DNA from: Bacteroidales bacterium
GTDB taxonomy: Bacteria > Bacteroidota > Bacteroidia > Bacteroidales > VadinHA17
Assembly: GCA_024762655.1 (NCBI GenBank)
Contig: JANTHB010000002.1
Span: forward strand, 8,007-72,006
Reading direction: 5' to 3'
Length of the DNA: 64,000 bases
Below are positions 38,114 to 46,422 of the stretch, in pieces. Positions within the stretch are counted from its first letter, which is position 1; each line of letters opens with the position of its first letter. The position numbers were made by a program, and so were the translations under genes. A model generated the notes under the pieces. It saw only the letters and a program-made list of their open reading frames with translations, did no database searches and was not told the DNA's origin.

Positions 38114-38809
38114 TTATCCAAAATCAGCGATCTGTTGAAGTTTGTCCTTTTCCAGAACCCGGATCAGTTTTCCTTCAATTTCAATGATCTTGTCTTTTCG
38201 GAATTCCGAAAGGATCCGGATGACATTTTCGGTCCTCATATGGATCAATTCGGCAATTTCCTTCCTGGAAACAGGCAGGGAGTATTCTTCTGTATGATAT
38301 ATTTCATTACAGAAAAATAAAAGAATATAAGCAATCCTGCCACGCAGATTTTTCTCGTTGATGGATAACCAACTGCTCATGATCATTTCATTCACATTGC
38401 TCATGTTTTCAAGTAATTTTAACGCAAATATTCCGTCTTTCCGGATAATCTCCTTCATGAGGCTGAGATCAATAAAACAGAGCGTGGAATTTTCTATGGC
38501 GGTAATACTGAAATGATAATAGCTTTCTGAAAAGACACTGAGCAATCCTATAAAATCTAAAGGACGGGCAATGCTGATGATCTGATTTTTTCCGTCCTCC
38601 ATTTCGCGGGACAGTTTCAACAAACCCTTCCTCAGGTACATGAAAGAAGCTATTTTATCTCCTTGTCGAACAATATGTTCTCCCGGTAAGAATTCTTTCT
38701 CTATTCTGGAAATATTCACCCTGCTCAAATCTTCCGGCTGCAGATTGCTGAACAAATACGATTTGTACGCACATGTTTTACAGTCATTTATGTCACGTAT
38801 CAACTTCAT
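38114..38809 (-). CDS. Crp/Fnr-family transcriptional regulator
   Basis: cNMP-binding-like beta-roll (FLPGEHIVRQGDKIASFMYLRKGLLKL) and a C-terminal HTH (SRKEIAELIHMRTENVIRILSEFRKDKII). N-terminal Cys residues are at C10 and C13, plus C111. Confidence 0.88.
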   Translation of the reverse strand: MKLIRDINDCKTCAYKSYLFSNLQPEDLSRVNISRIEKEFLPGEHIVRQGDKIASFMYLRKGLLKLSREMEDGKNQIISIARPLDFIGLLSVFSESYYHFSITAIENSTLCFIDLSLMKEIIRKDGIFALKLLENMSNVNEMIMSSWLSINEKNLRGRIAYILLFFCNEIYHTEEYSLPVSRKEIAELIHMRTENVIRILSEFRKDKIIEIEGKLIRVLEKDKLQQIADFG

Positions 38810-38829
38810 GCAACAAAGGTATAAATATT

Positions 38830-38859
38830 ATGATATATATCAATTTTGATATTTATCAT
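38830..38859. promoter_or_regulatory. Two tandem FNR-type boxes in the divergent regulator / SQR-like intergenic region
   Basis: aTGAT-atat-ATCAA (38830-38843) and TTGAT-attt-ATCAt (38846-38859) each match TTGAT-N4-ATCAA at 9/10. Their centres are 16 bp apart. Confidence 0.5.
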
Positions 38860-38929
38860 ATGGTATAATTCGTTAGGTCCGCTTTATTATACGTTATTTT
38901 GTTCACAAATAAACTAAAAAAAGAAACAC

Positions 38930-40159
38930 ATGAAAAAAATACTCATCCTGGGAGGAGGAACCGGTGGAACTATCATGGCAAACCGATTGCGGAAAGCCCT
39001 GGAAAAGGAAGAATGGGAAATTACTTTAATAGACCGGTACAAAACACATTATTACCAGCCCGGATTTTTATTTATTCCTTTCGGGATATACACCAGGCAT
39101 GATGTCATGAAGCCCAAGGGGGATTTTTATCCTGCCGGGGTGAATGTGATCTTTTCAAAAATTGAAATCATAGAGCCTTTGGAAAACCGGGTTGTCTTGG
39201 AAGGAGGTAAAGTGTTGAATTATGATTATCTGATCATAGCTACGGGAACCCAGACCAAGCCGGAAGAGACTCCCGGTCTGAAGGAGAACCTCTGGTACAA
39301 GGAGATTTTTGATTTTTATACCATCGAAGGGGCTGTGGCTCTAAGTCATTTTTTCAAGCGCTGGGAAGGGGGGCATCTGGTTATGAATATTGCAGAGATC
39401 CCTTATAAATGTCCGGTGGCACCGTTGGAGTTTGTTTTTCTGGCGGATGCTTTTTTCCATCAGCAGGGTATTCGCGACAAGGTGAAGATATCTTATGTCA
39501 CCCCGTTGCCCGGGGCTTTTACCAAACCCAGGGCTACGCAAATGCTCAGCGGGTTGTTAAAAGAAAAGAATATTGAAGTGATTCCGGAATTCTACCTGGA
39601 ATCGGTGGATAATGAAAAGAAGACCATTAAGTCCTACGACGGACAAGAAATCCCTTTTGACGTACTGGCAATTGTCCCGGTGAATATGGGGAGCGATGTG
39701 ATTGAACGCAGCGGGATGGGAGATGATCTGAATTTTGTACCGACGGACAAGCACACCCTGCAATCCGAAAAGTATGAAAATATTTTTGTGCTCGGAGATG
39801 CGGCCAACCTGCCCACGTCAAAAGCGGGTTCCGTGGTTCATTTTGCCTCTGAAGTATTGTTTGAGAACCTGATAAGCATGATCGAGGGCCGGCCCATGCT
39901 GGCCCGGTTTGACGGCCATGCCAACTGTTACATAGAAACCGGCTTCGGAAAAGGCTCCCTGATTGATTTTAACTATGACACCGAGCCGCTGCCAGGGACG
40001 TATCCGCTGCCCGGGATAGGCCCGTTCGGATTGCTGCAGAACACCAAGCTGAACCATTACGGCAAAGTGATTTTCCGGTGGCTTTACTGGCACGTTTTAC
40101 TGAAAGGAAAAGAAATGCCGGTGGAAAACGAAATGTCCATGGCAGGGAAAAAACTTTAA
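38930..40159 (+). CDS. SQR-type FAD-dependent oxidoreductase (sulfide:quinone oxidoreductase-like)
   Basis: FAD motif ILILGGGTGGT. Two conserved-Cys motifs, IPYKCPVAPLEF and GHANCYIETG, resemble the SQR/FCSD redox cysteines. The C-terminal segment is amphipathic. Confidence 0.8.
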   Translation: MKKILILGGGTGGTIMANRLRKALEKEEWEITLIDRYKTHYYQPGFLFIPFGIYTRHDVMKPKGDFYPAGVNVIFSKIEIIEPLENRVVLEGGKVLNYDYLIIATGTQTKPEETPGLKENLWYKEIFDFYTIEGAVALSHFFKRWEGGHLVMNIAEIPYKCPVAPLEFVFLADAFFHQQGIRDKVKISYVTPLPGAFTKPRATQMLSGLLKEKNIEVIPEFYLESVDNEKKTIKSYDGQEIPFDVLAIVPVNMGSDVIERSGMGDDLNFVPTDKHTLQSEKYENIFVLGDAANLPTSKAGSVVHFASEVLFENLISMIEGRPMLARFDGHANCYIETGFGKGSLIDFNYDTEPLPGTYPLPGIGPFGLLQNTKLNHYGKVIFRWLYWHVLLKGKEMPVENEMSMAGKKL

Positions 40160-40168
40160 TCGTACAAC

Positions 40169-40843
40169 ATGAACGAAACAGCCATACAACAACAAATTGA
40201 TGACATCAACCGGAAACTGGATCTGGTGCTGGAGTACGTCAATGATCAGCGACTCAAAGGAGATGTGGTACAAGACCTTGTTCAGGACCTTTCCATCATC
40301 GGCAAGGATGCGTATGAGAGCACCGTGGAAGAACTCGATAAGCAGCGTATCGAGATAGATCCGGATGAGGTTAAGCTCTTTTTTATCAAGTTGATGAAAA
40401 ACATGAATAACTTTTCGGTTATTCTGAACATGTTCGAAAGCATGATGGATCTGTCGAAAGATCTTGCTCCCCTGACCAAAGAGGCTACCATCGACATAAT
40501 ATACAAGCTTCATGAGCTGGACCGGAAAGGGTATTTTGAATTTTTCGGTTCTCTGGCCCATGTGCTGGATAATATTGTTTCTCATTATGGCAAAGAGGAC
40601 ATTGAACTGCTGGCCGATAATGTGATAATCATCATGGATACGGTCAAAAGCCTGACACAACCGGACATGCTTAGAGCCATTAACAATGCGGTAAATATTT
40701 ATAAGGATATCGATCCCGTAAACGTCCCGGAATACTCGTTGTGGAAGGCCCTACGGACGATGAATTCTCCGGAAATGAGAAAAGGACTCGGTTTTATCAT
40801 TACATTTCTTAAAGGCTTGTCTTCAGGACAAGCTCCGAAATAA
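40169..40843 (+). CDS. DUF1641-like protein
   Basis: Helical 224-aa protein placed directly after an SQR-like flavoprotein, as I recall for DUF1641. No catalytic motif was recognised. Confidence 0.55.
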   Translation: MNETAIQQQIDDINRKLDLVLEYVNDQRLKGDVVQDLVQDLSIIGKDAYESTVEELDKQRIEIDPDEVKLFFIKLMKNMNNFSVILNMFESMMDLSKDLAPLTKEATIDIIYKLHELDRKGYFEFFGSLAHVLDNIVSHYGKEDIELLADNVIIIMDTVKSLTQPDMLRAINNAVNIYKDIDPVNVPEYSLWKALRTMNSPEMRKGLGFIITFLKGLSSGQAPK

Positions 40844-40873
40844 TACATTCTTTTAATCATTAAAATCAAAATT

Positions 40874-41185
40874 ATGGGAACAAGAACAATAGCAGGAATT
40901 GAAATTCAGGTAAATGACGAAGGCTATATGATGGATGCCTCACAGTGGACCCCTGAAGTTGCCAGAGAGCTGGCCAAAGAAGAAGGGATTGAGTTGACGG
41001 ATAAGCATTTTGAAGTGCTGAACTTTATCCGTGACGAATTTTTAAAAGGGAATCCGTTGACAATCCGGAAAGTTGGAAAATCGGGGATTGTTGATATCAA
41101 AGGATTATATGAATTGTTTCCCGGAGGACCATTAAAAAAAGCTTCAAAGATCGCCGGAATATCCAAACCCTCAAGTTGCGTTTAA
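40874..41185 (+). CDS. TusE/DsrC-family sulfur relay protein (single-Cys, TusE type)
   Basis: Length 103 aa and typical core (WTPEVARELAKEEGIELTDKHFEVLNFIRDEF). It ends KIAGISKPSSCV with a penultimate Cys. The second DsrC cysteine position is Ser (KKASKIAG). Confidence 0.88.
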   Translation: MGTRTIAGIEIQVNDEGYMMDASQWTPEVARELAKEEGIELTDKHFEVLNFIRDEFLKGNPLTIRKVGKSGIVDIKGLYELFPGGPLKKASKIAGISKPSSCV

Positions 41186-41203
41186 CCTAAAAATACAGTA
41201 ATC

Positions 41204-41710
41204 ATGGAAAACAACAAAGATGACCATCGTTTAAAGAAAGTATCCGTTATCTGTGCCAAAGGGGCTTTGGAAGATGTCTATGCTACCCTGGTCCTTGCCA
41301 ACGGTGCGGTTATGGAAGGAATTGAAGCCAAGGTGTTTTTCACCTTTTTCGGGCTGGATGCCATCACAAAAAAAAGGATGAAAAAGTTGCATACTGCTAC
41401 CGTTGCGAACCCGGCCATGCGTATGCCTGGCGGACTGCCTTTTCCAACCTGGCTCGGGAGTTTGCCTTTTGTGGAGGCCGGTGTGTCTTCTATGATGCGC
41501 AGCCAGATGGAAAAACTGGATATCCCTCCTGTAGATGAGTTTCTGGACATGATCACGGCAGGCGGTGGAGAGATTTATGCCTGCAAACTGGCGATGGACA
41601 TGTTCAAACTTACCAAAGACGATCTTTCCGAGCAGGTGAAAGATGTGCTTACCGTGGGTGAATTTTATGCAATGGCCGGCGGGGAGGATTCACAGATCAT
41701 TTTTACCTGA
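41204..41710 (+). CDS. DsrE/DsrF-like family protein
   Basis: Motifs VSVICAKGALEDVYATLVLANGA and FFTFFGLDAI. The conserved Cys lies in GGEIYACKLAMDMF. Length 168 aa. Confidence 0.8.
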   Translation: MENNKDDHRLKKVSVICAKGALEDVYATLVLANGAVMEGIEAKVFFTFFGLDAITKKRMKKLHTATVANPAMRMPGGLPFPTWLGSLPFVEAGVSSMMRSQMEKLDIPPVDEFLDMITAGGGEIYACKLAMDMFKLTKDDLSEQVKDVLTVGEFYAMAGGEDSQIIFT

Positions 41711-41782
41711 GAATTTCTTTGTAAGGACCTGCTTAACTTATTTTTCTTATGGTCCGGGTATTTGTGCCCGGGAAAATTTATG

Positions 41783-41790
41783 TAGGTTTG
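41783..41790 (+). promoter_or_regulatory. Candidate -7 box (TAGGTTTG) for mobA
   Basis: It matches TAnnTTTG, 17 nt upstream of the ATG at 41807. Confidence 0.35.
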
Positions 41791-41806
41791 TGATCAAAAT
41801 GACAGG

Positions 41807-42385
41807 ATGCATTCAATAAGCGGGATTGTGCTGGCTGGCGGGAGAAGTTTGAGAATGGGCCGGGAAAAAGGAAAAGTATTGTTAAAAGGAAAGCCTCTTA
41901 TACAATATTCGCTTGACGTGCTTGCTCCTTTCTGTGATGAGATCATCATTTCGGCCAACTCCGGAGAGTATAAATCCTTCGGATACCCGGTTGTAACGGA
42001 TGAGGTCCCGGGAACCGGGCCATTGGGGGGACTTTACTCTGCCCTCCGGCGCACGTCTCATCGCGGGAACCTGGTTTTACCCTGTGATACTCCTTTTCTC
42101 AATACGGATTTTATTCGGTTTCTGCTGGCTTCGGTACTGGAAGATCATCTTGCTGTTATCCCGTTACATCCGGATGGAACAGCAGAACCTTTGTGTGGAT
42201 ATTACACCAAAGACAACATCCCGCTAATGAAAGAATCCCTGGACCGGGGGCAATACAAGCTGTTAGATTATTTAAGCAATGCAGGGGCGTTCTTTCTTCC
42301 TTTTCATGAGGACCTTTCTTTCTACCACACAGACCTTTTTATCAATATAAACAGTCCCGAAGATCTTGAAAAATACGAAAAATGA
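41807..42385 (+). CDS. mobA: Molybdenum cofactor guanylyltransferase
   Basis: ISGIVLAGGRSLRMGREKG N-terminal motif, LVLPCDTPF, and 192 aa. Confidence 0.88.
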   Translation: MHSISGIVLAGGRSLRMGREKGKVLLKGKPLIQYSLDVLAPFCDEIIISANSGEYKSFGYPVVTDEVPGTGPLGGLYSALRRTSHRGNLVLPCDTPFLNTDFIRFLLASVLEDHLAVIPLHPDGTAEPLCGYYTKDNIPLMKESLDRGQYKLLDYLSNAGAFFLPFHEDLSFYHTDLFININSPEDLEKYEK

Positions 42386-42418
42386 TCGGGGACACAAGCT
42401 GCTGTCAAGATTCCCGGT

Positions 42419-44854
42419 TTAATCACTTTCTTCCTTTTTCTTTGTTGCTTCCAGCACCAATCCTCCTATAAATAAGAGAATCAGGATTGAGGAGGCAGCC
42501 AGATCTATTTTATTCCCTACGAAGTATCCTTTGGGTTTGAAATAAAACTCAACCTTATGTTGTCCGGGGGGCAAAACCATCGCGCGCAAAACATAATCGG
42601 CCCGAAAATGAGGTGCCGGTTTTCCGTCAATATATGCCAGCCAGCCTTTACGGTAATAAATTTCGGAAAATACCGTAAGACGTGGTTTCGCAGCCTGATA
42701 TTCATAGACAAGATGATTGGGGGCGTAGGAGAGCATTCGTATCCTGGCGGTTGAATCGGCCCCGGGCTTGTACCCTTCTACAAATGTTTCAAACTGCTTG
42801 TTAACAATGGCTTTCTTTCCCGGGTCAAAGTTGCTCAGGGCGAGCATCTCGCTGTCGGCATTGGGGACGATCTGATACTCTTCAACAAACCAGGCGTTTC
42901 CCAGGGCTCCCGGATTCATCTGTGCGGCAGGCTGGCCTTTCTGGTTGACTATAAAGTATTTGGTATTCAGCATATTCAGCACCTGCATATTGTTTTTGCT
43001 GATCTGATAGGTGATCAGGTCCTGGTAACGGCGCATCTTAGCTCCGTGATAACCTCCGACAGACTTATGAAAGTAAGAAGTACTGGCATCGTTAAAGGTA
43101 CTTACCGTAAGATTCATTACTCTGTAGTCCGGGGATTTATCTTTCAGTATTTCCAGGTCTGCCTGTGTAGGCCGGAAAGGGACCTCCACTTCTTTCTTAG
43201 GCACAAAATCATCGTTGTTCAGATATCGTTTGTCAACGGCCCATAAATCTAGCAGAATCAATCCTCCCAGCAGGAAATAAAACAGTCCGGCTTTAATCTT
43301 TTTATACGCCAGTGCTCCCAATGCCAGGGCGGTCAGCGTGACAAAAGCGAAAGAACGCCAGGCATCTGCCTGCATCAGATGTCTTCGATCCTGCCGGATT
43401 GCATCAATAAACTGTGCCGGCCATCCGGCGCTTTGCAACTGATCATCAATAGGGGCGGAGAAATTGAAAAACAATCCCGGGAATAAGGCAAAAAATACAG
43501 TGATGCCTCCCAGAATATAAAAAGTGTTTTTTACGGCTTTGAGAAGGTCATCTTTGGACACTTTCCCATCCATGACTTCTTTTACCGCCAGAATTCCCAA
43601 CAATGGAACGGCAAACTCCGCAATTACCAGTGTCATGGACACCGCTCTGAATTTATTGTAACCCGGGACGTAGTAGATGAAAAAATCTGAGAAAAACTGC
43701 AGATGTTTTCCCCATGCCAGCAGGATTGCAAGTATTGTAGCGGAAAGCAACCACCATTTTTCAACGCCTTTTACCAGGAAAAGCCCCAGTACAAAAAGAA
43801 ATATCACCACGGCTCCGAAATACATAGGCCCCGAGGTAAAACGCTGCGGGCCCCAATAGGCCAGAGGATACTGTGTGGCGATCTGGCGGGCATTAGGGAC
43901 ATTGCTTTTTCGCAACAGGTTATACGTTTTTGACTTTGTCCCGAAACCCGAGGAAGCTCCTCCTACAAAGTTTGGGATCAGCAAGTTCATCGTCTCTGCA
44001 ATTCCGTAAGAGTAATCATCCAGAATATAGTCTTTGTCAAGCCCGCTGGTCAGATTTTTTTTATCCAGCGTAAGTTCCGACTTTCCACGTATGGATACTT
44101 TCCCGTACTCATTTACCAGCCACAGGCTGGCAATGTTGGTTGCTACCGCCAGGACCACAGCTACCAGCAAAACCAGTGAAACGGTTATAAACTTTTTCAG
44201 CAGATGTTCCCGGAAATAAAAAATCAGGATCACGATACCGTAAACAAGAATGAGCAATAATGTATAATAAGTGATCTGGGGATGATTGGCATTCAACTGT
44301 AAAGCCAGAAAGAAACTGGTGAGCAGGGCGCCCCAGTAAGGCTTTTTTTTGAAGGCGATAATTATGCCGGCTATCAGGAGGGGAACATATCCCAGGGTGT
44401 GTGCTTTCGAATTATGACCGGCTGCCAGAATGATTAATAAATAAGTAGAAAAACCATATGCCATAGCGCCCACAATTCCCAGCCAGGGCCTGGTTTTATA
44501 TGCTCCCACCAGCAAAAGGTAAAACCCCAGCATATATAAAAACAAATACCTTGCAGGAGCGGGGATATTCAGGGTAAAATATTTATCCACCTGGCGGAAA
44601 AGGTTTCCTTTATATATAATACTGATCAGATACGCAGGCATTCCCCCAAACATACTATTGGTCCACAAAGGTTCCTGCCCGGTAGCCTTTCGGAAATCCA
44701 CGATCTCTTTGGACATCCCTTTGTATTGTGCTATATCGTGTTGTTCCAGTCCTTTCCCCTGCAACATCGGGCTGAAATAGGCAAATGTCAGGGTCAGAAA
44801 CAATAAAATAGCCAGCAAATGAGGATAGATGTTTTTTATTGTAAATCGTGTCAT
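42419..44854 (-). CDS. YfhO-family polytopic membrane protein (putative glycosyl-transfer/lipid-linked glycan enzyme)
   Basis: An 811-aa protein with more than 12 hydrophobic helices in the N-terminal two thirds. A soluble C-terminal region and a terminal TM follow. The layout is as I recall for Bacteroidota YfhO homologues. Confidence 0.7.
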   Translation of the reverse strand: MTRFTIKNIYPHLLAILLFLTLTFAYFSPMLQGKGLEQHDIAQYKGMSKEIVDFRKATGQEPLWTNSMFGGMPAYLISIIYKGNLFRQVDKYFTLNIPAPARYLFLYMLGFYLLLVGAYKTRPWLGIVGAMAYGFSTYLLIILAAGHNSKAHTLGYVPLLIAGIIIAFKKKPYWGALLTSFFLALQLNANHPQITYYTLLLILVYGIVILIFYFREHLLKKFITVSLVLLVAVVLAVATNIASLWLVNEYGKVSIRGKSELTLDKKNLTSGLDKDYILDDYSYGIAETMNLLIPNFVGGASSGFGTKSKTYNLLRKSNVPNARQIATQYPLAYWGPQRFTSGPMYFGAVVIFLFVLGLFLVKGVEKWWLLSATILAILLAWGKHLQFFSDFFIYYVPGYNKFRAVSMTLVIAEFAVPLLGILAVKEVMDGKVSKDDLLKAVKNTFYILGGITVFFALFPGLFFNFSAPIDDQLQSAGWPAQFIDAIRQDRRHLMQADAWRSFAFVTLTALALGALAYKKIKAGLFYFLLGGLILLDLWAVDKRYLNNDDFVPKKEVEVPFRPTQADLEILKDKSPDYRVMNLTVSTFNDASTSYFHKSVGGYHGAKMRRYQDLITYQISKNNMQVLNMLNTKYFIVNQKGQPAAQMNPGALGNAWFVEEYQIVPNADSEMLALSNFDPGKKAIVNKQFETFVEGYKPGADSTARIRMLSYAPNHLVYEYQAAKPRLTVFSEIYYRKGWLAYIDGKPAPHFRADYVLRAMVLPPGQHKVEFYFKPKGYFVGNKIDLAASSILILLFIGGLVLEATKKKEESD

Positions 44855-44958
44855 GGGATCATAATGGTTAAAATCAAGACTTAGGATATCCTTGCTAAAA
44901 TAGATATTTTTTATCTATTCAGGAAAAAGTCGGGAGATTTTGGTTTACATGTGATCTG

Positions 44959-46410
44959 TTAAAAGATCAGAGGTAGGTCAGAAAAGTTCCTTGCCTTGCA
45001 TCCGAAAGTCAGGTTTATCCCAAACCACACGCCCAGTGCTTCGGTTTCATCCGGATGGATCATCCCGAGGGCATAATCGGTCAGCACATATAACTGCAAG
45101 GGACCGCCACGGAGACTTAGCCCGGCACCTACACTGTTAAAGGAATGGTTTGAATAAGAGTAGGATACGGTAGCATCCAGAAACCGTGCCAGAGACGCAT
45201 TGGCAGATAGCGTAAAGGATTGCAGGATGTTTTTTTTATGGATCTCAGTCCTGGACAACAAACCGAAATAGACATTTTCCGTAAGGTTCAAGGTTCCTCC
45301 GACATACACCTTTGGATTCAGGGTAGTTGTATATGGATCCGTGGTGTAGGTCGGGTTGAAGATTGTTTGAACGGAATCCAGCAAGTTATCGACTATGGTT
45401 TTCAGCGAACTGGTATCATTGACATTGAACACAGGGCTTACATCCAGTCCCCGGAAAACAAAATTTCCTTTTGAAGAGGCGTTATTTACATCCCGTTTCC
45501 ACCAGATCATACCCAGGTCCAGAACACTGGCTGAAAGGGAGAAACGGTCACTGATCCGGTATCTGGCTCCCAGATCAAAAGCAAATCCGGGATTGTCGGG
45601 ATGCAGGAGATATTGAATCAGATTACCCGTGTTGTCCAGGCCCTCCTGCAGATTCACATCGGTGATATTCCCGGCCGAGTCTTTTTGTATTTCCAAGGGG
45701 CCGGCCACATTCAGCGACAAGTCTGCATTTACGGTATGCGTGTAGTCCTCTTCCTGTACCGAGAGGCTCATCCCGTTATTTTTAAGCGATACGTCGGCGA
45801 TGCCGGACAGAAATTTTCCCCGAACCCCCAACGTCAGGGAAGGGGAAATCTCAGCGGAAACTCCGAACGCATAACTTCCATAGGCAGAGGCATTAAGTTC
45901 CAGGGATGAGAAATCAGCTTCTCCTCCCATAAAAGATTCGTTTCCTTTTAGCAGCAAGGTTATCAGGTCTTTTGGATAACCCAGAAAAGCAGATACGTTT
46001 TCGGAGAAGTTAATATTAAAATACAGGTTCTTTGATCTGAAGCCCAATGCCAATATATTGGTATGCATCGAAGGGGCTATAAAATTCTTCTTATCCAGTT
46101 TTGCCAGAAAATCATCAATATTATAACTTGGGTGCAGTATGGTAATCAGTGAATCAGAATACTCCCCGGTGCCGGGGAAAATAATGTCACTAAAAGTGAG
46201 AGGGTTGTTAAGTGCAGAGATATTGGTAGATCCGATGACCGGCAAATCGAGGTAAAAGTTACAATAGGGATGATGGGCCGGGTTCATCAGATTCGCCTGA
46301 GGAAGACGCATAAAATATAAAGACTGCATCTCCTGTGCACGCACCGAATGTGTCAGAAGAGATAGTCCCAGCATCAATACAAATACCTGTAAGACATAAG
46401 GTCGGGTCAT
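44959..46410 (-). CDS. Predicted outer-membrane beta-barrel protein, uncharacterised
   Basis: Signal peptide (LLTHSVRAQE) and a PorP/SprF-reminiscent N-terminal motif (LYFMRLPQANLMNPA). Alternating beta-strand patterns run throughout, and the terminal residue is aromatic (...DLPLIF). Confidence 0.7.
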   Translation of the reverse strand: MTRPYVLQVFVLMLGLSLLTHSVRAQEMQSLYFMRLPQANLMNPAHHPYCNFYLDLPVIGSTNISALNNPLTFSDIIFPGTGEYSDSLITILHPSYNIDDFLAKLDKKNFIAPSMHTNILALGFRSKNLYFNINFSENVSAFLGYPKDLITLLLKGNESFMGGEADFSSLELNASAYGSYAFGVSAEISPSLTLGVRGKFLSGIADVSLKNNGMSLSVQEEDYTHTVNADLSLNVAGPLEIQKDSAGNITDVNLQEGLDNTGNLIQYLLHPDNPGFAFDLGARYRISDRFSLSASVLDLGMIWWKRDVNNASSKGNFVFRGLDVSPVFNVNDTSSLKTIVDNLLDSVQTIFNPTYTTDPYTTTLNPKVYVGGTLNLTENVYFGLLSRTEIHKKNILQSFTLSANASLARFLDATVSYSYSNHSFNSVGAGLSLRGGPLQLYVLTDYALGMIHPDETEALGVWFGINLTFGCKARNFSDLPLIF

Positions 46411-46422
46411 GATTCAAAAAGG

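Noticed and set aside
38814-38821. A TAnnTTTG match (TACCTTTG on the minus strand) upstream of the Crp/Fnr regulator gene.
   Set aside because: It ends only 5 nt from the ATG, so a start site downstream of it would fall inside the coding region. It is not a credible -7 box unless the transcript is leaderless with a different start.
41751-41773. A hairpin CCGGG-tatttgtg-CCCGG after the DsrE-like gene, considered as a terminator.
   Set aside because: It has only a 5-bp stem, an 8-nt loop and no downstream T-run. It is too weak to call.
30242-42385. The sulfur block as a horizontally acquired genomic island or mobile element.
   Set aside because: No integrase, transposase, tRNA attachment site, flanking direct repeats or obvious compositional break was visible by eye. 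The flanks are ordinary core-type genes. Mobility cannot be supported from this window.
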